From: an uncultured Gemmatimonadales bacterium
Lineage (GTDB): Bacteria > Gemmatimonadota > Gemmatimonadetes > Longimicrobiales > RSA9
Direction: 5' to 3'
DNA length: 64,000 nt
Assembly: GCA_963798085.1 (NCBI GenBank)
Contig: CAWCRS010000001.1
Location: 384,001 to 448,000, forward strand
The translations under genes were made by a program, and so were the position numbers. The notes beneath the pieces were generated by a model. That model did no database searches, was not told the DNA's origin, and saw only the letters and a program-made list of their open reading frames with translations. Position 1 is the first letter of the stretch; every line of letters starts with the position of its first letter. Below are positions 41,223 through 52,059 of this stretch, in pieces.

Positions 41223-42150
41223 TCACTGCAACCTCCGCCCATCCAACCCCCACGCCGGGTCGATCCTGATGCCCAGGTGCGCCAGCGCCGTCGCGGCTAC
41301 GTCCACAATGCCCGGCGCCTCGGCCGGGCTGCCTCGCCTGGCCGACGGCCCGCTCGCCACGATGAAGATGGTCCGCTCCTCCGGCGAGTCGCCGCCATGG
41401 TCGCCGTCCGCCCGCCTGCCGTGATCGGTGCTCACCAGGATCAGCCAGTCCTCATGCGTGAACGAGGGACGCGTGCGCACCGCCGCCACCAGCTCCCCCA
41501 CCTGCTGATCGGCCAGCGCGATCGCCGCCTGATAGGGCGCGCCAATGGAATGCGTGTCATGGCTGGTCTCGTCCGGATTGCCCAGATACACAAACAGCGC
41601 GTCAGGATCGTGCTCGCGCAGCTCCTGCACGGCTGCCGCCACCATTGCCGAGTCCGCCGCCGGCCAACCCATTCTGATAGCCGTCACGGATGAATTTCCG
41701 GTCGGGCAGATTGCCGATCAGCGGGCCACCGGCGTCGTACGTCACCAGCGGCAGCCAGTCCGCCGCCGCGAACGTCTCCAGTTGCGGCCGCTCCTGCTCG
41801 ATGCGCGTCAGGAAGTCAGGGTAGCGCTGGTAATGATTGCCGGCGAACTGATTGCTTGTAACACCGTGTTTGGCGGGCCACACGCCGGTCAGCATGCTGG
41901 ACCAGCCGGGCCCGCTGCGCGTGGGCAGCGTGGTCTGCGCCCGGTCGCTGAACAGACCCGCCCCGGCCAGGGAATCGATGTGCGGCGTGGGCACGGCACG
42001 GAGCACGTCCACCCGCACACCGTCAATGCCGATGAGCAGCACGCGCGGTGTGCGTCCCCGCGAGCACGACGCCAGCACACCCAGCAGCGCGAGCGCCGCC
42101 GCGCGCGCGACGGTGAGCAGCGTCGTCGACTGCGATCCGATGCGAAGCTG
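41223..42150 (-). CDS. Alkaline phosphatase superfamily (nucleotide pyrophosphatase/phosphodiesterase) protein, frameshift near 41685; start uncertain
   Basis: VLLIGIDGVR, TRSGPGWSSMLTG, PDETSH, STDHG, HGG. Confidence 0.88.
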
Positions 42151-42994
42151 GCGCCCACGTCGCCGCCACGCGCGCCGACCCGGCCTGCGCTGGCACGCCT
42201 GGTGACGCCGCTGCGCGGCCGTTGCATGACGTCTGCCGGCCCCGCGATCACACGCCGTCGGCTCACGCAGCATCGCCTGCTCCTGGCTCCGATTCGCGCC
42301 TTCTGCTGCCTGGCGCCGAAGCGCGTGCAATCCGGCAGGCGGGCGAGTGGCCTGACACGCGCGGCCATGACTTTCCGCCCTTACGTGGCACAGGCGACGC
42401 TGTTCGTCCATATTCCGGCGCTCCGGTGACATCACTGCGACCGCGGATGAATCTGCGTCATGCGCTTCCGTTCAGCCGAATCGCTTTGCTTCACACGCGG
42501 TAGACGCAACGTCGCGCGCCGCAATCCCGGCGTGCCGCCACGCCCAACGAGCGCAGACCGCCACGGCGCGCGTTCGCGCTGCCGCGCGTGTCGTGTTCGA
42601 CCGCGCCGCTGCAGCCTCGCTCCCGCCGATTTCGTCCGCGACCACTTCGGTACTGCGCGGTGGATGCACAATGGCGCAGGCGGGTTGAGCCCTGCCACTC
42701 CGCCACCCGTCCGCCAGCGCATGCTGTGGTATGATGCGCAGACCAGCGCCCAGCGCAAGCCGATCGGCCCATTCTTCGCAACGGCTCGAATCCGCCGGGC
42801 GGCGGCGGCGTGCGGAATTCCCAATGCGGATGCCGGCTGTCGCTTCGGCTGTTCGCATGACGACCCACGCACCGCCCGCTCGCGCTCCACATCGGTGCGG
42901 CTGCGCTGCGACCCGTTGATCGTGGACGCCGGGTCGCGGCGCTCCTGTTTACCCGGTGGCGCGACACAGCACGCGCCCGGCCGGCCCTGAATCC

Positions 42995-44081
42995 ATGGCC
43001 GCCGAAGCAACGCCGGTTCTCGAGCTGCGCGAGCTGAGCCGTCATTTCGGCGCGGTGCGCGCAGTGGATCGGGTCAGCGCTACCATCGCCCCCGGCGAGT
43101 ACGTCTGCATCCTGGGACCGTCGGGCTGCGGCAAGACCACGCTGCTTCGCATGATCGGCGGTTTCGAGCAGCCCACGGCCGGCGACATGCTGCTGGACGG
43201 CCGCTCGCTCGCGGGCGTGCCGCCGGAACGGCGCGACGTGAACGTGGTGTTCCAGACGTACGCGCTGTTCCCGCACATGACCGTACTTGATAACATCGCG
43301 TTTGGCCCGCGCATGAAGCACCGTTCGTCGCGCGAAATCCGCGATCGTTCGCTGGAAGCCCTGCGACTGGTCCGCCTCGAGGAGCTGGCATCCCGACTGC
43401 CTCACCAGCTGTCCGGCGGCCAGCAGCAGCGTGTCGCCCTCGCCCGCGCCATCGTGAATCAGCCGCGACTGCTGCTGCTGGATGAGCCGCTCAGTGCACT
43501 GGACCGGCATCTGCGCCAGGCGATGCAGGAAGAGCTGCGCGCCCTGCAGCGCCGCACCGGCATCACGTTCCTGCACATCACGCACGATCAGACGGAGGCA
43601 ATGGTGCTGGCCGACCGCCTCATCGTGATGCGCGCCGGCCGGTTCCTGCAGAGCGGTCGCCCCGAGGAAGTCTATCGCCGACCGGCCACGCGGTTCGTCG
43701 CCGGCTTCGTGGGCACATCGAATCTGCTGGAGGGCGCGCCGCTCCCTGACGGTGAGTCAGGAATCATGACGACGGGCGGGCTGCGGCTCACTGCGGCGCA
43801 GGCGGTCGCGCCGGGGGCCGGAACACCCATCGTCGCCTCCATCCGTCCCGAGGCCATTCACATACTGCAGCCCGGTGAGGTCGCGCTCAACAGCTTCAGC
43901 GGGTCGTGTGCTGCATGTGGCGTTCACGGGCGCGCAGGTCGAATGCCTGCTGCAGGTCGGCGCACACCAGCTGGAGGCGCAGCTGCCGGGCCGCACCGGC
44001 ACTTCGCTGACCGAGGGTCAGGAACTGCTGCTGGGCGTGCATCCGGCGGACGTCGTCCTGCTGCCTGCGCAGGAGGCGTAG
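42995..44081 (+). CDS. potA: Polyamine ABC transporter ATP-binding protein, frameshift near 43900
   Basis: GPSGCGKT, FQTYALFPHM, LSGGQQQR, LLDEP; C-terminal TOBE-like part in shifted frame. Confidence 0.85.
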
Positions 44082-44085
44082 CGAC

Positions 44086-45033
44086 ATGGCGAGAGGGGAC
44101 GCGGGCATTCCGGGCGCCGTGTCGGTGCCACTAACGGCTGATTACAGGCGGCGACCGGTGAGTCCCGGCGCCGGGGAGCCCGGACTGCTGCGCGGGCGAG
44201 GCATGCTCGCGCTCACGGTAGGACCGGGACTGGCGTATCTGCTGCTCTTCTTCAGCGCGCCACTGGCCATCGTGCTGGTGTGGAGCTTCGGCACGACCGG
44301 CGCCGCCGGCGGCGTGCGCGCGGGCTTCACGCTGGCGGCCTACCGGCGTGCGCTCGACCCGCTGTACCTGTCCGTGCTGGCGCGCTCAGTGGCACTCGCG
44401 CTGATCACGACACTGCTGTCCCTCGCCGTCGCCTGGCCGACAGCATGGGCCGTGCGCAACATGAGCCGCGGACGCCAGCTGGCGGTCCTCTCGCTGCTCA
44501 TCATTCCGTCGTGGATGAATCTGCTGGTGAAGAACTACGCCTGGATCGTGATGCTGCGGCGCGAGGGTGTCATCAACTCGCTGCTGCAGTCCCTCGGTCT
44601 GGCGTCTGCGCCGCTGTCCCTGCTGTTCAACAACGGCGCCGTGCTGCTGGGACTCGTGCACACGTATCTGCCTTTCATGATTCTGCCGCTCTACGCCGCC
44701 CTCGAGCGCATGGACTGGGCGCTCGTCGAGGCGGCGCGTGATCTGGGCGCGGGTCGCTGGCAGACGTTCCGCCGGGTGGTGCTGCCGCAGACGCTGGCCG
44801 GCGCCATGGTGGGCTCCACGCTGGTCTTCATCCCGGCACTGGGCGCGTTCGTGACGCCTGATCTCCTGGGCGGGCCGCGTTCGCTCATGATCGGCACGCT
44901 GATCGAGAATCAGGTGCTGGTGGCGCGCGACTGGCCCTTCGCCGCCGCACTCTCGGCCTGGCTCATGCTGCTGGTGGCGCTGACACTGCTGTTAGCGCGG
45001 CGGCTGGCGCCCGCCGGGCAGCGGGTGATCTGA
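44086..45033 (+). CDS. potB: Polyamine ABC transporter permease
   Basis: YLPFMILPLY, EAARDLGA, FIPALGAFVTPDLLGG, RDWPFAAALS. Confidence 0.88.
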   Translation: MARGDAGIPGAVSVPLTADYRRRPVSPGAGEPGLLRGRGMLALTVGPGLAYLLLFFSAPLAIVLVWSFGTTGAAGGVRAGFTLAAYRRALDPLYLSVLARSVALALITTLLSLAVAWPTAWAVRNMSRGRQLAVLSLLIIPSWMNLLVKNYAWIVMLRREGVINSLLQSLGLASAPLSLLFNNGAVLLGLVHTYLPFMILPLYAALERMDWALVEAARDLGAGRWQTFRRVVLPQTLAGAMVGSTLVFIPALGAFVTPDLLGGPRSLMIGTLIENQVLVARDWPFAAALSAWLMLLVALTLLLARRLAPAGQRVI

Positions 45034-45823
45034 TGGCAAGGCGAGGCCCGTGGATGCTGTCCCGCCCGGTCCTGTGGCTGGTGCTGGCCTTCCTGTACGC
45101 ACCCGTGCTCATCCTGGTGCTCTACTCCTTCAACAACGCGCGCTTCAGCGCGCACTGGCAGGGCTTCACACTGGCGTGGTACGCCCGCCTGTTCCACAGT
45201 CCCGAGGCGGCGGCGGCGCTGCGCAACACGCTCATCGTGTCCAGCACGGCCACGGTGATGGCGACGCTCCTCGGTACGCTGCTCGCGCTGGGCCTGCACT
45301 TCTTCCGCTTCCGCGGTCGCGGCCTCGTCGAGCTGCTGCTCTTCTCCCCGTCGTGGCGCCCGACATCGTCATGGGCGTCTCGCTGCTCGCCCTCTACGTA
45401 ACCGTGCACCTGCCGCTCGGTCGCGTGTCGATCATCCTCGGCCACGTCGCGTTCCAGATCTCGTTCGTGGCCCTGGTTGTGCGCGCCCGGCTGCATGATT
45501 TCCCGCCCGCGCTGCTCGAGGCGGCGCGCGACCTGGGCGCCAGCGAGCTGCAGGCGCTGCGTCGCGTCGTGCTGCCGCCACTTCTGCCGGGGATCCTTGC
45601 GGGCGGCCTCATCGCGCTTGCACTCTCCATCGATGACTTCGTCATTACCTACTTCACCGCCGGTGCGGGCGCTTCCACACTGCCCATTCGCATCTACTCC
45701 ATGGTGAAGCGAGGCGTGACACCGGATATCAACGCGCTCTCCACGCTGCTGCTGCTGGCGACACTGCTGGTTATCGCGCTCTCGCTCCGGCTGCAGCGTC
45801 GCTCCGGAAAGGAACCGTCGTGA
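45033..45823 (+). CDS. potC: Polyamine ABC transporter permease, frameshift near 45345
   Basis: FLYAPV..YSFN..WQGFTLAWY; EAARDLGA; SIDDFVIT; TLPIRIYSM..TPDINA. Confidence 0.85.
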
Positions 45824-47238
45824 CCGCCATCGTGCGCCGTTGCCTGCGGGTCGCCGCACCCACCGCGAACCTGTCGCCCGACCTCGTGCTCGCTGCACCC
45901 GTGCCGGCGCAGCACGAACGTTGCGCAGCGACGCGCAGCGCAGCCGGCGCAAGCAGTGTGTCAGGCCGGTCGTCAGGCATGAGACAATCCGTCAGCCGTT
46001 CCCGCGCAACCGGCCCGCACCGGAACAGGCAACACGTCGCCTGCGCTTCGGACAGGCGCCGCTCCAGTAATCGCACCAGGCAGTTCTTCGGGAGAGAGTC
46101 TGACGCATCGGCGAGGGCGCCGCTGCAGGCGAGCCTGTTCCGTCTCGTCCTCCCGGCGATGTTGCTGCTGGGCTGTTCCGGGCGCGCGCCTGACCGCCCC
46201 GCTGCCATCACCGCCTACGGCGTGACACTGGAAAGCGCGCATCTCGGCGATCAGCTGAACCTGTTCACGTGGCCCGACTATCTCGATCCACAGCTGGCAA
46301 GGGAGTTCGAGAAGACGTATGGCGTGAAGGTCCGCATCGACTACTACGACACCAACGAAGCGCTGATCGCGAAATTGCAGGCGGGCGGGCAGGGACAGTA
46401 CGATGTCGTCATCGCTTCGGACTATGCGGTGGAAGTGCTGCGCAAGGCGGGGCAGCTGCAGCCTCTCGATACCGCGCGGATCCCCAACCGCGTGAACCTG
46501 GACGCGCGCTTCCGTGATCCGCCGTACGATCCCGGCGACCGCTACAGCATTACCTATCAGTGGGGCACCAGCGGACTCGGTGTGCGCAGCGATCTGGTGA
46601 AGGACACGACGCGCATCATTCCCAGCTGGCGCCTGGTGTTCGATGCCGCTGCCGCCATCGGTCCCTTCACCATGCTCGACGATCAGCGGGAGACCATCGG
46701 TGCGGCGCTGATCTACCTCGGCTTCTCGCCTAACAGCACGGATTCGACGCAGCTGGCGTCGGCCGAACGACTGCTGCAGGCGCAGCGACCACGCATCCTG
46801 ACCTACTCGCCGTTCGCCACGGCGAAGGATCTGCTGGCCAGTGGTGATGCCGTGGTCGCACACAACTACAGCGGCGATGTGCTCATGGTGCAGGAGGACG
46901 TGCCCGGTATCCGTTTCGTCATTCCGCGCGAGGGCTCGATCGTCTGGACCGATAACATGGCTGTTCCGACAGGCGCGCCGCACGCCCTGCTCGCGACCGC
47001 GTTCATCAACTTCATCCTGGATGCCGGCGTGGGCGCCCGCCTCTCGAATTTCACGCGCTACGCGTCGCCCAATGCGGCAGCCATGGCGGGCATCGATCCC
47101 GCCCTGCGCGCCGACCGCAGCGTATACCCGGACAGCGCGACCCTGCAGCACCTCGAGTTCCTGCGCGACATCGGCGAGGCGCGCGGCCTGTACGATCGCA
47201 TGTGGACGAGGCTGCGGGCCGGTGCCGGAGCGCGCTGA
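45820..47238 (+). CDS. potD: Spermidine/putrescine-binding lipoprotein; true start uncertain, probably downstream of 45820
   Basis: LLGC lipobox; LNLFTWPDY, YDTNE, YQWGTSG, LDDQRE, PREGSIVWTD. Confidence 0.85.
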   Translation: MTAIVRRCLRVAAPTANLSPDLVLAAPVPAQHERCAATRSAAGASSVSGRSSGMRQSVSRSRATGPHRNRQHVACASDRRRSSNRTRQFFGRESDASARAPLQASLFRLVLPAMLLLGCSGRAPDRPAAITAYGVTLESAHLGDQLNLFTWPDYLDPQLAREFEKTYGVKVRIDYYDTNEALIAKLQAGGQGQYDVVIASDYAVEVLRKAGQLQPLDTARIPNRVNLDARFRDPPYDPGDRYSITYQWGTSGLGVRSDLVKDTTRIIPSWRLVFDAAAAIGPFTMLDDQRETIGAALIYLGFSPNSTDSTQLASAERLLQAQRPRILTYSPFATAKDLLASGDAVVAHNYSGDVLMVQEDVPGIRFVIPREGSIVWTDNMAVPTGAPHALLATAFINFILDAGVGARLSNFTRYASPNAAAMAGIDPALRADRSVYPDSATLQHLEFLRDIGEARGLYDRMWTRLRAGAGAR

Positions 47239-48310
47239 GGCTCGCCCGCGCGACCTGGGCGTCCGCTTCGACGGCGAGCCCGGTCCCTGGAACGCGATCA
47301 CCGACGTCGCCGGTGTCGCCGTGGGCCACACTACGCTCGTTTCGGGTGAGGGCAAACTCACTGTTGGACAGGGCCCCGTGCGCACCGGCGTCACCGCAAT
47401 CCTGCCAAGACGCGAAGCGCCGCGCGACCCGGTGTTTGCCGCGTGGTACGCGCTCAACGGCAATGGCGACCTGACGGGTGCGCTGTGGCTCAGGGAATCG
47501 GGGTTCCTCGAGGGGCCGCTGGCCATCACCAACACGCACAGCGTGGGCGTTGTGCGCAATGCCATCATCGCGTGGCAGGTAGAGCGCGAGGCACTGCTGC
47601 AGCCGTGGTCACAGCCCGTCGTAGCCGAGACCTACGACGGCTGGCTCAACGACGTCAACGGCTTCCATGTGCGCCGCGAGCACGTCTTTGCGGCCCTCGA
47701 TAACGCCGCGTCAGGGCCGGTCGTGGAGGGCAATGTGGGCGGTGGGACGGGCATGATGTGTTACGGCTTCAAGGGCGGCATCGGCACTGCCTCCCGCCGG
47801 CTCACGTCTGCCGCTGGCGGCTGGACACTCGGTGTGCTGGCGCAGTGCAACTTCGGCACGCGCGATCAGCTGCGCATTGATGGCGTGCCCATTGGCCGGC
47901 TGCTGCAGGGAGATGCGTCGTCTGACAGCCGCCCGGATGATACGCTCGGTTCCATCGTCGTGGTCGTGGCGACCAATGCGCCGCTGCTGCCGCACCAGCT
48001 GGAGCGCATCGCGCGGCGCGTGCCGCTCGGTATTGCGCGCACGGGCGCCACATCGGCGAACGGCTCCGGCGACATCTTCATCGCCTTCTCCACCGCCAAC
48101 CCGGGCGCGGGTCTGACCACGCCGGTCGCGCGTGTCGGCAGCCTGGCGAATCCGCTCATGAACCCGCTTTTTGACGCCACCGTCCAGACCACCGAGGAGG
48201 CAATCCTTAACGCGCTGTTTGCCGCCCGCACCATGGTCGGGCGCGACGACCACCGCGTCGAGGCCATCCCGATTCCCCGCGTTCTGAAGCTGCTGCCCGG
48301 GTACGGCTGA
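47222..48310 (+). CDS. DmpA/P1 (S58) family aminopeptidase
   Basis: NAITDVAGVAVGH, TGVTAI, GNVGGGTG, FKGGIG, autoprocessing G-S site (LGSIVVV), SGDIF. Confidence 0.92.
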   Translation: MPERAEARPRDLGVRFDGEPGPWNAITDVAGVAVGHTTLVSGEGKLTVGQGPVRTGVTAILPRREAPRDPVFAAWYALNGNGDLTGALWLRESGFLEGPLAITNTHSVGVVRNAIIAWQVEREALLQPWSQPVVAETYDGWLNDVNGFHVRREHVFAALDNAASGPVVEGNVGGGTGMMCYGFKGGIGTASRRLTSAAGGWTLGVLAQCNFGTRDQLRIDGVPIGRLLQGDASSDSRPDDTLGSIVVVVATNAPLLPHQLERIARRVPLGIARTGATSANGSGDIFIAFSTANPGAGLTTPVARVGSLANPLMNPLFDATVQTTEEAILNALFAARTMVGRDDHRVEAIPIPRVLKLLPGYG

Positions 48311-48567
48311 TCGGCAAATGTTGGCAGGCTGCGGAACCGTCGTTGCGCGTTGAGACTCATCGGCTGCAGCAACTGGGCCGCTTCGGAGTGAACGGAGGCG
48401 TGATCGTCGCCTGCAATGAACACTCGAGCAGCGACAGCATGTCGGTAATCAGCGGCAGGCGGTTGCCCCGGCTGTGAACGCCCCCCAGCAGGCCGACCAG
48501 GTGCGCATCCAGGCACAACGTCGCCTGCGCCGGCCCAAGCGCGCAAACGCCTCTCCCGAAGCGTCGC

Positions 48568-49893
48568 CTATCCGCCAGCCTGTTGCAAACGGTACCTGAC
48601 GACAAACTCGACATCGTTCTCGTCGCGCAGGATGCCGACGAAGGCGTCGTGGCTGATCCAGCGTGGCGACACACCCGGTGGCATGCGGAGGGTCGCGCGA
48701 TAGCGGCCATCGCGGTCGAATACATCGTAGTAGAAGGGCGTCTGCGGCGTTCCCGGGATGGTCTCATAGTTCGCAATGTCGAAATGCACGTCCAGCCGCT
48801 GCACCCACAGCTCGCCGTCGCCGGAGATGTCAATGCGGCGCGTGGGCGGAAAGAACGGCGCGCGCGGAGCGTTGGCCTGGTACCTCTTCGCCGTGACCAG
48901 CGGATCATACGCGCCGGGGCGCGAGCGGGGTGCTGCCGCCACGCGGCGGACGTACTCGTCGACGTGCGCTTCCGTCACCGCGACTTCCCTGAACGCGCGC
49001 GAAATGACGCGCGTGAGTCGGCCGTCGAGATCATGGACGTAAATGCGGTAGGGATAACCCGGATTCAGCCAGAAGCGGCCGCTGCCGTCGAGCCCCCACC
49101 ACACGCCCTGCGCAAACAGCTCGGGGTATCCCCCCACGCCTTCCGCGGTCTGCGCATACTTGATTGGACCGTTCTCCCACGACAACCGGCCGCGCAGTGC
49201 GGCGTCCAGCCGCGCCGGGTCTGTGTATGCCGTGGCCAGCACGTGCATGTCGACACGACCGACGCGCGTGGTGTCGCGCGTCACGGTTCCGGGTGTTGGC
49301 GGCTTGCGCGGGCCGCCGAACGGCACGAACCACACGGACCAGCCCTCCTCGCTGCCGCCCAGCGGATAGGCTACGCGATTGTCGGGCAGCGCCAACGGGA
49401 ATTGCGACAGGAAGTGACCGGCCGTGTCGAACAACGCGAAGCGCAGGCGCTGTCCATCGGAAACGCCCAGCGTGTCCTTCCAGATCGCGACCGCGTTCAC
49501 CAATGTGAATTCGCCGGGCCCGTTGCCTTTGCTCCCAATGTCGCGCAGCCAGTGGCCCTGCGCATCGTATTCACGCACCAATGCGCTGCCGCCATTCGCA
49601 ACAAGAATGCGGCCGAGATCATCAACCGCGATCCCGTTGATGCGGAAGAATTGATACGCCTCGGGCCCGTCCACCTGGCCAATGCGCAGATCCTCAATGG
49701 GCTGGATCGCCGCGGTGTCGAAGCCGGCGTACAGGTTGCGCACCAGCTGCACGCCCGCGCTGTCGACTACCTGCACGCCCGCGCGCCTCGTGCCCTCCGT
49801 TCCAGCGCACGCAGCCGCGACCGCGAGCACCGCGCACGCGCTTGCACGCGCGTGATGCCTGCCTGTAAGCCGGCCCTGCCGGGCTCCGTCCAT
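48568..49893 (-). CDS. 6-bladed beta-propeller (NHL-like) lipoprotein; start uncertain
   Basis: AAAC; VDSAGVQLVRN; IGSKGNGPGEF; YDVFDRDGRY; DENDVEFVVRY. Confidence 0.8.
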   Translation of the reverse strand: MDGARQGRLTGRHHARASACAVLAVAAACAGTEGTRRAGVQVVDSAGVQLVRNLYAGFDTAAIQPIEDLRIGQVDGPEAYQFFRINGIAVDDLGRILVANGGSALVREYDAQGHWLRDIGSKGNGPGEFTLVNAVAIWKDTLGVSDGQRLRFALFDTAGHFLSQFPLALPDNRVAYPLGGSEEGWSVWFVPFGGPRKPPTPGTVTRDTTRVGRVDMHVLATAYTDPARLDAALRGRLSWENGPIKYAQTAEGVGGYPELFAQGVWWGLDGSGRFWLNPGYPYRIYVHDLDGRLTRVISRAFREVAVTEAHVDEYVRRVAAAPRSRPGAYDPLVTAKRYQANAPRAPFFPPTRRIDISGDGELWVQRLDVHFDIANYETIPGTPQTPFYYDVFDRDGRYRATLRMPPGVSPRWISHDAFVGILRDENDVEFVVRYRLQQAGG

Positions 49894-50121
49894 GCGACGA
49901 CACATCGTCGACCCGTCGTCGCCTGCAATCGGTTCCGCTGCTGCACGGTTACGGTCAATGGTGCGCATGGCTGCCAGCCTTCTCTTTTTCGGTGCCGGGG
50001 ACGAGGGACAACGGAGCGTGGAGCCAGGCCCACACTAACCCCGCCCCCCACCTGCCCGCCACGATGGCCTCGCCCGGACCGCCTCCGTCACCTAACTTCA
50101 GTCACTCACAAGGAGCGAAAC

Positions 50122-50931
50122 ATGGACTGGGGCCTCGCCAACCGACTGGGCCGCATCATCAAGCCGGCCGACGGACGCACTGTCATGCTCGCCGTGGATC
50201 ACGGCTATTTTCTCGGACCGATCCATGGACTGGAGAAACCGGGCGACACGGTGGCACCGCTGATTCCCCATGCCGACGCGCTCATGCTCACACGCGGCGT
50301 GCTGCGCAACTGCATCGCTCCGGGTGAGGACGTGCCCGTCGTGTTGCGCGTATCGGGCGGCTCCAGCATTGTCGGCGAAGACCTCTCTAACGAAGACTTA
50401 ACGACCTCGGTGCGCGACGCGGTGCGCCTCAACGCCAGTGCCGTCGCCATGTCCGTGTTCGTCGGCTCGGCCCACGAGCAGCAGACGCTCACCAACCTCG
50501 CCCGCCTGGTCAATGAGGCCCTCGACGTATCCATGCCCGTGCTCGCCGTGACCGCTGTGGGAAAGGAGCTGGAGAAGCGCGACGCACGCTACCTCGGCCT
50601 CTGCTGCCGCATTGTCGCGGAGCTGGGTGCGACATTCGTGAAGACGTACTACTGCGAGGGCTTCGAGCACGTCACCGGTTCGTGCCCGATTCCGGTCGTG
50701 ATCGCCGGCGGCCCGAAGCTCAACACCGTTCTCGATGCGCTGGAGCTGGCGCACAGTGCGCTGCAGCAGGGTGCGGTGGGTGTGGACATGGGCCGCAATG
50801 TGTGGCAGTCGCCGCACCCGGTGCCCATGATCCGCGCGCTGCGCGCGATCGTGCACAATGGTGCGAGCGTGGGTGAGGCGCACGAGATGCTGCTCGAGCT
50901 GACGCACGGCGGAGCGCCGCAGCCCGTGTGA
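50122..50931 (+). CDS. lsrF: LsrF-like class I aldolase/thiolase
   Basis: MDWGLANRL, MLAVDHGYF, LAVTAVG, FVKTYY, VIAGGPK, GVDMGRN. Confidence 0.85.
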   Translation: MDWGLANRLGRIIKPADGRTVMLAVDHGYFLGPIHGLEKPGDTVAPLIPHADALMLTRGVLRNCIAPGEDVPVVLRVSGGSSIVGEDLSNEDLTTSVRDAVRLNASAVAMSVFVGSAHEQQTLTNLARLVNEALDVSMPVLAVTAVGKELEKRDARYLGLCCRIVAELGATFVKTYYCEGFEHVTGSCPIPVVIAGGPKLNTVLDALELAHSALQQGAVGVDMGRNVWQSPHPVPMIRALRAIVHNGASVGEAHEMLLELTHGGAPQPV

Positions 50932-50935
50932 GTGC

Positions 50936-51991
50936 ATGCCGCTTCCCCGCCTGAACCGGGTCGCGGTCTATCACAACAACCGCGACGTGCGCGTTGAGAC
51001 ACGCCCGATGCCTGCGACAGGCGACGGCGAACTGCTGATCGAGGTGCTCGCCAGCGGCATCTGCGGCAGCGACCTGCTGGAATGGTATCGTCTGCCGAAA
51101 GCACCGCTGATCCTCGGGCATGAAGTGGCCGGTCGCGTGGTCGCGCGCGGGCCCGGCGTCGATCGCTTCCCCGAAGGTACCCGCGTCGTCGCCACGCACC
51201 ACGTGCCCTGCTTCGCGTGCGCGTATTGCGCCAGTGGTCGCGAGACCATGTGCGAGCTGCTGCGCCACACCAACTGGGACCCGGGCGGTTTCGCCGACTA
51301 CATCCGTCTGCCCGCGATCAACGTGCAGCGCGGCACACTGGCGATTCCCGACCATGTCTCCGACGCTGCGGCCAGCTTCACGGAACCGTTTGGCTGTGCG
51401 CTGCGCGGCCAGCGCAAGCTCGGCGTTAGTGAGGGCGCCAGCGTCCTCATTCTGGGGTGTGGCGTGTCGGGCTGCCTGCACCTGCTCGCGGCCCGGTTGC
51501 GCGGCGCGGGCCGCGTCATCATGACGGATCCGCAGCCCGCCCGTCGCCGGTTCGCCGAAACACTGGGCGCCGACCTCGTGCTGGATGCGCGTGCGCCGGT
51601 GGCGCAGACGGTGCGCGACACGCTCGGGCAGGGCGCCGATTACGTGATTGCCACGACGGGTGCCCCCGCCGCCATCGATCAGGCGCTGAACGCAGTCGAC
51701 CGCGGCGGCAGTGTGCTGTTCTTCGCGCCCATGGGTCCGGACGTCCGCCTGCCGATCCCGTTCGATACACTCTTCTGGCGCAATGATGTCACGCTGACCA
51801 GCACCTACGGCGCTGCGCCGCGCGATCTCGCGGAAGCACTCGCCGCCATCGCCGGCAACTGCGCAGCATTCCAGCAGATGGTGACGCATACATTGCCGCT
51901 GGCCGGGATTCAGCGCGGGTTCGCGCTGATGCTGGAGGCGCAGCAGTCGCTCAAGATCATCATCGATCCCCGCCTCGACCGGCAGTCGTAA
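50936..51991 (+). CDS. Zinc-binding (polyol/sorbitol-type) dehydrogenase
   Basis: GICGSD, GHE, structural CxxCxxC..C, GCGVSG. Confidence 0.92.
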   Translation: MPLPRLNRVAVYHNNRDVRVETRPMPATGDGELLIEVLASGICGSDLLEWYRLPKAPLILGHEVAGRVVARGPGVDRFPEGTRVVATHHVPCFACAYCASGRETMCELLRHTNWDPGGFADYIRLPAINVQRGTLAIPDHVSDAAASFTEPFGCALRGQRKLGVSEGASVLILGCGVSGCLHLLAARLRGAGRVIMTDPQPARRRFAETLGADLVLDARAPVAQTVRDTLGQGADYVIATTGAPAAIDQALNAVDRGGSVLFFAPMGPDVRLPIPFDTLFWRNDVTLTSTYGAAPRDLAEALAAIAGNCAAFQQMVTHTLPLAGIQRGFALMLEAQQSLKIIIDPRLDRQS

Positions 51992-52059
51992 TGGCTCGTA
52001 CCGCTGCGCAGGCGCGGGTCCGGACAATGACATCGCTGTAGACATGACCGGGCTCGAGC

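Noticed and set aside
42430..42990. ORFs in the region upstream of potA
   Set aside because: No frame gives a recognisable or convincingly protein-like sequence
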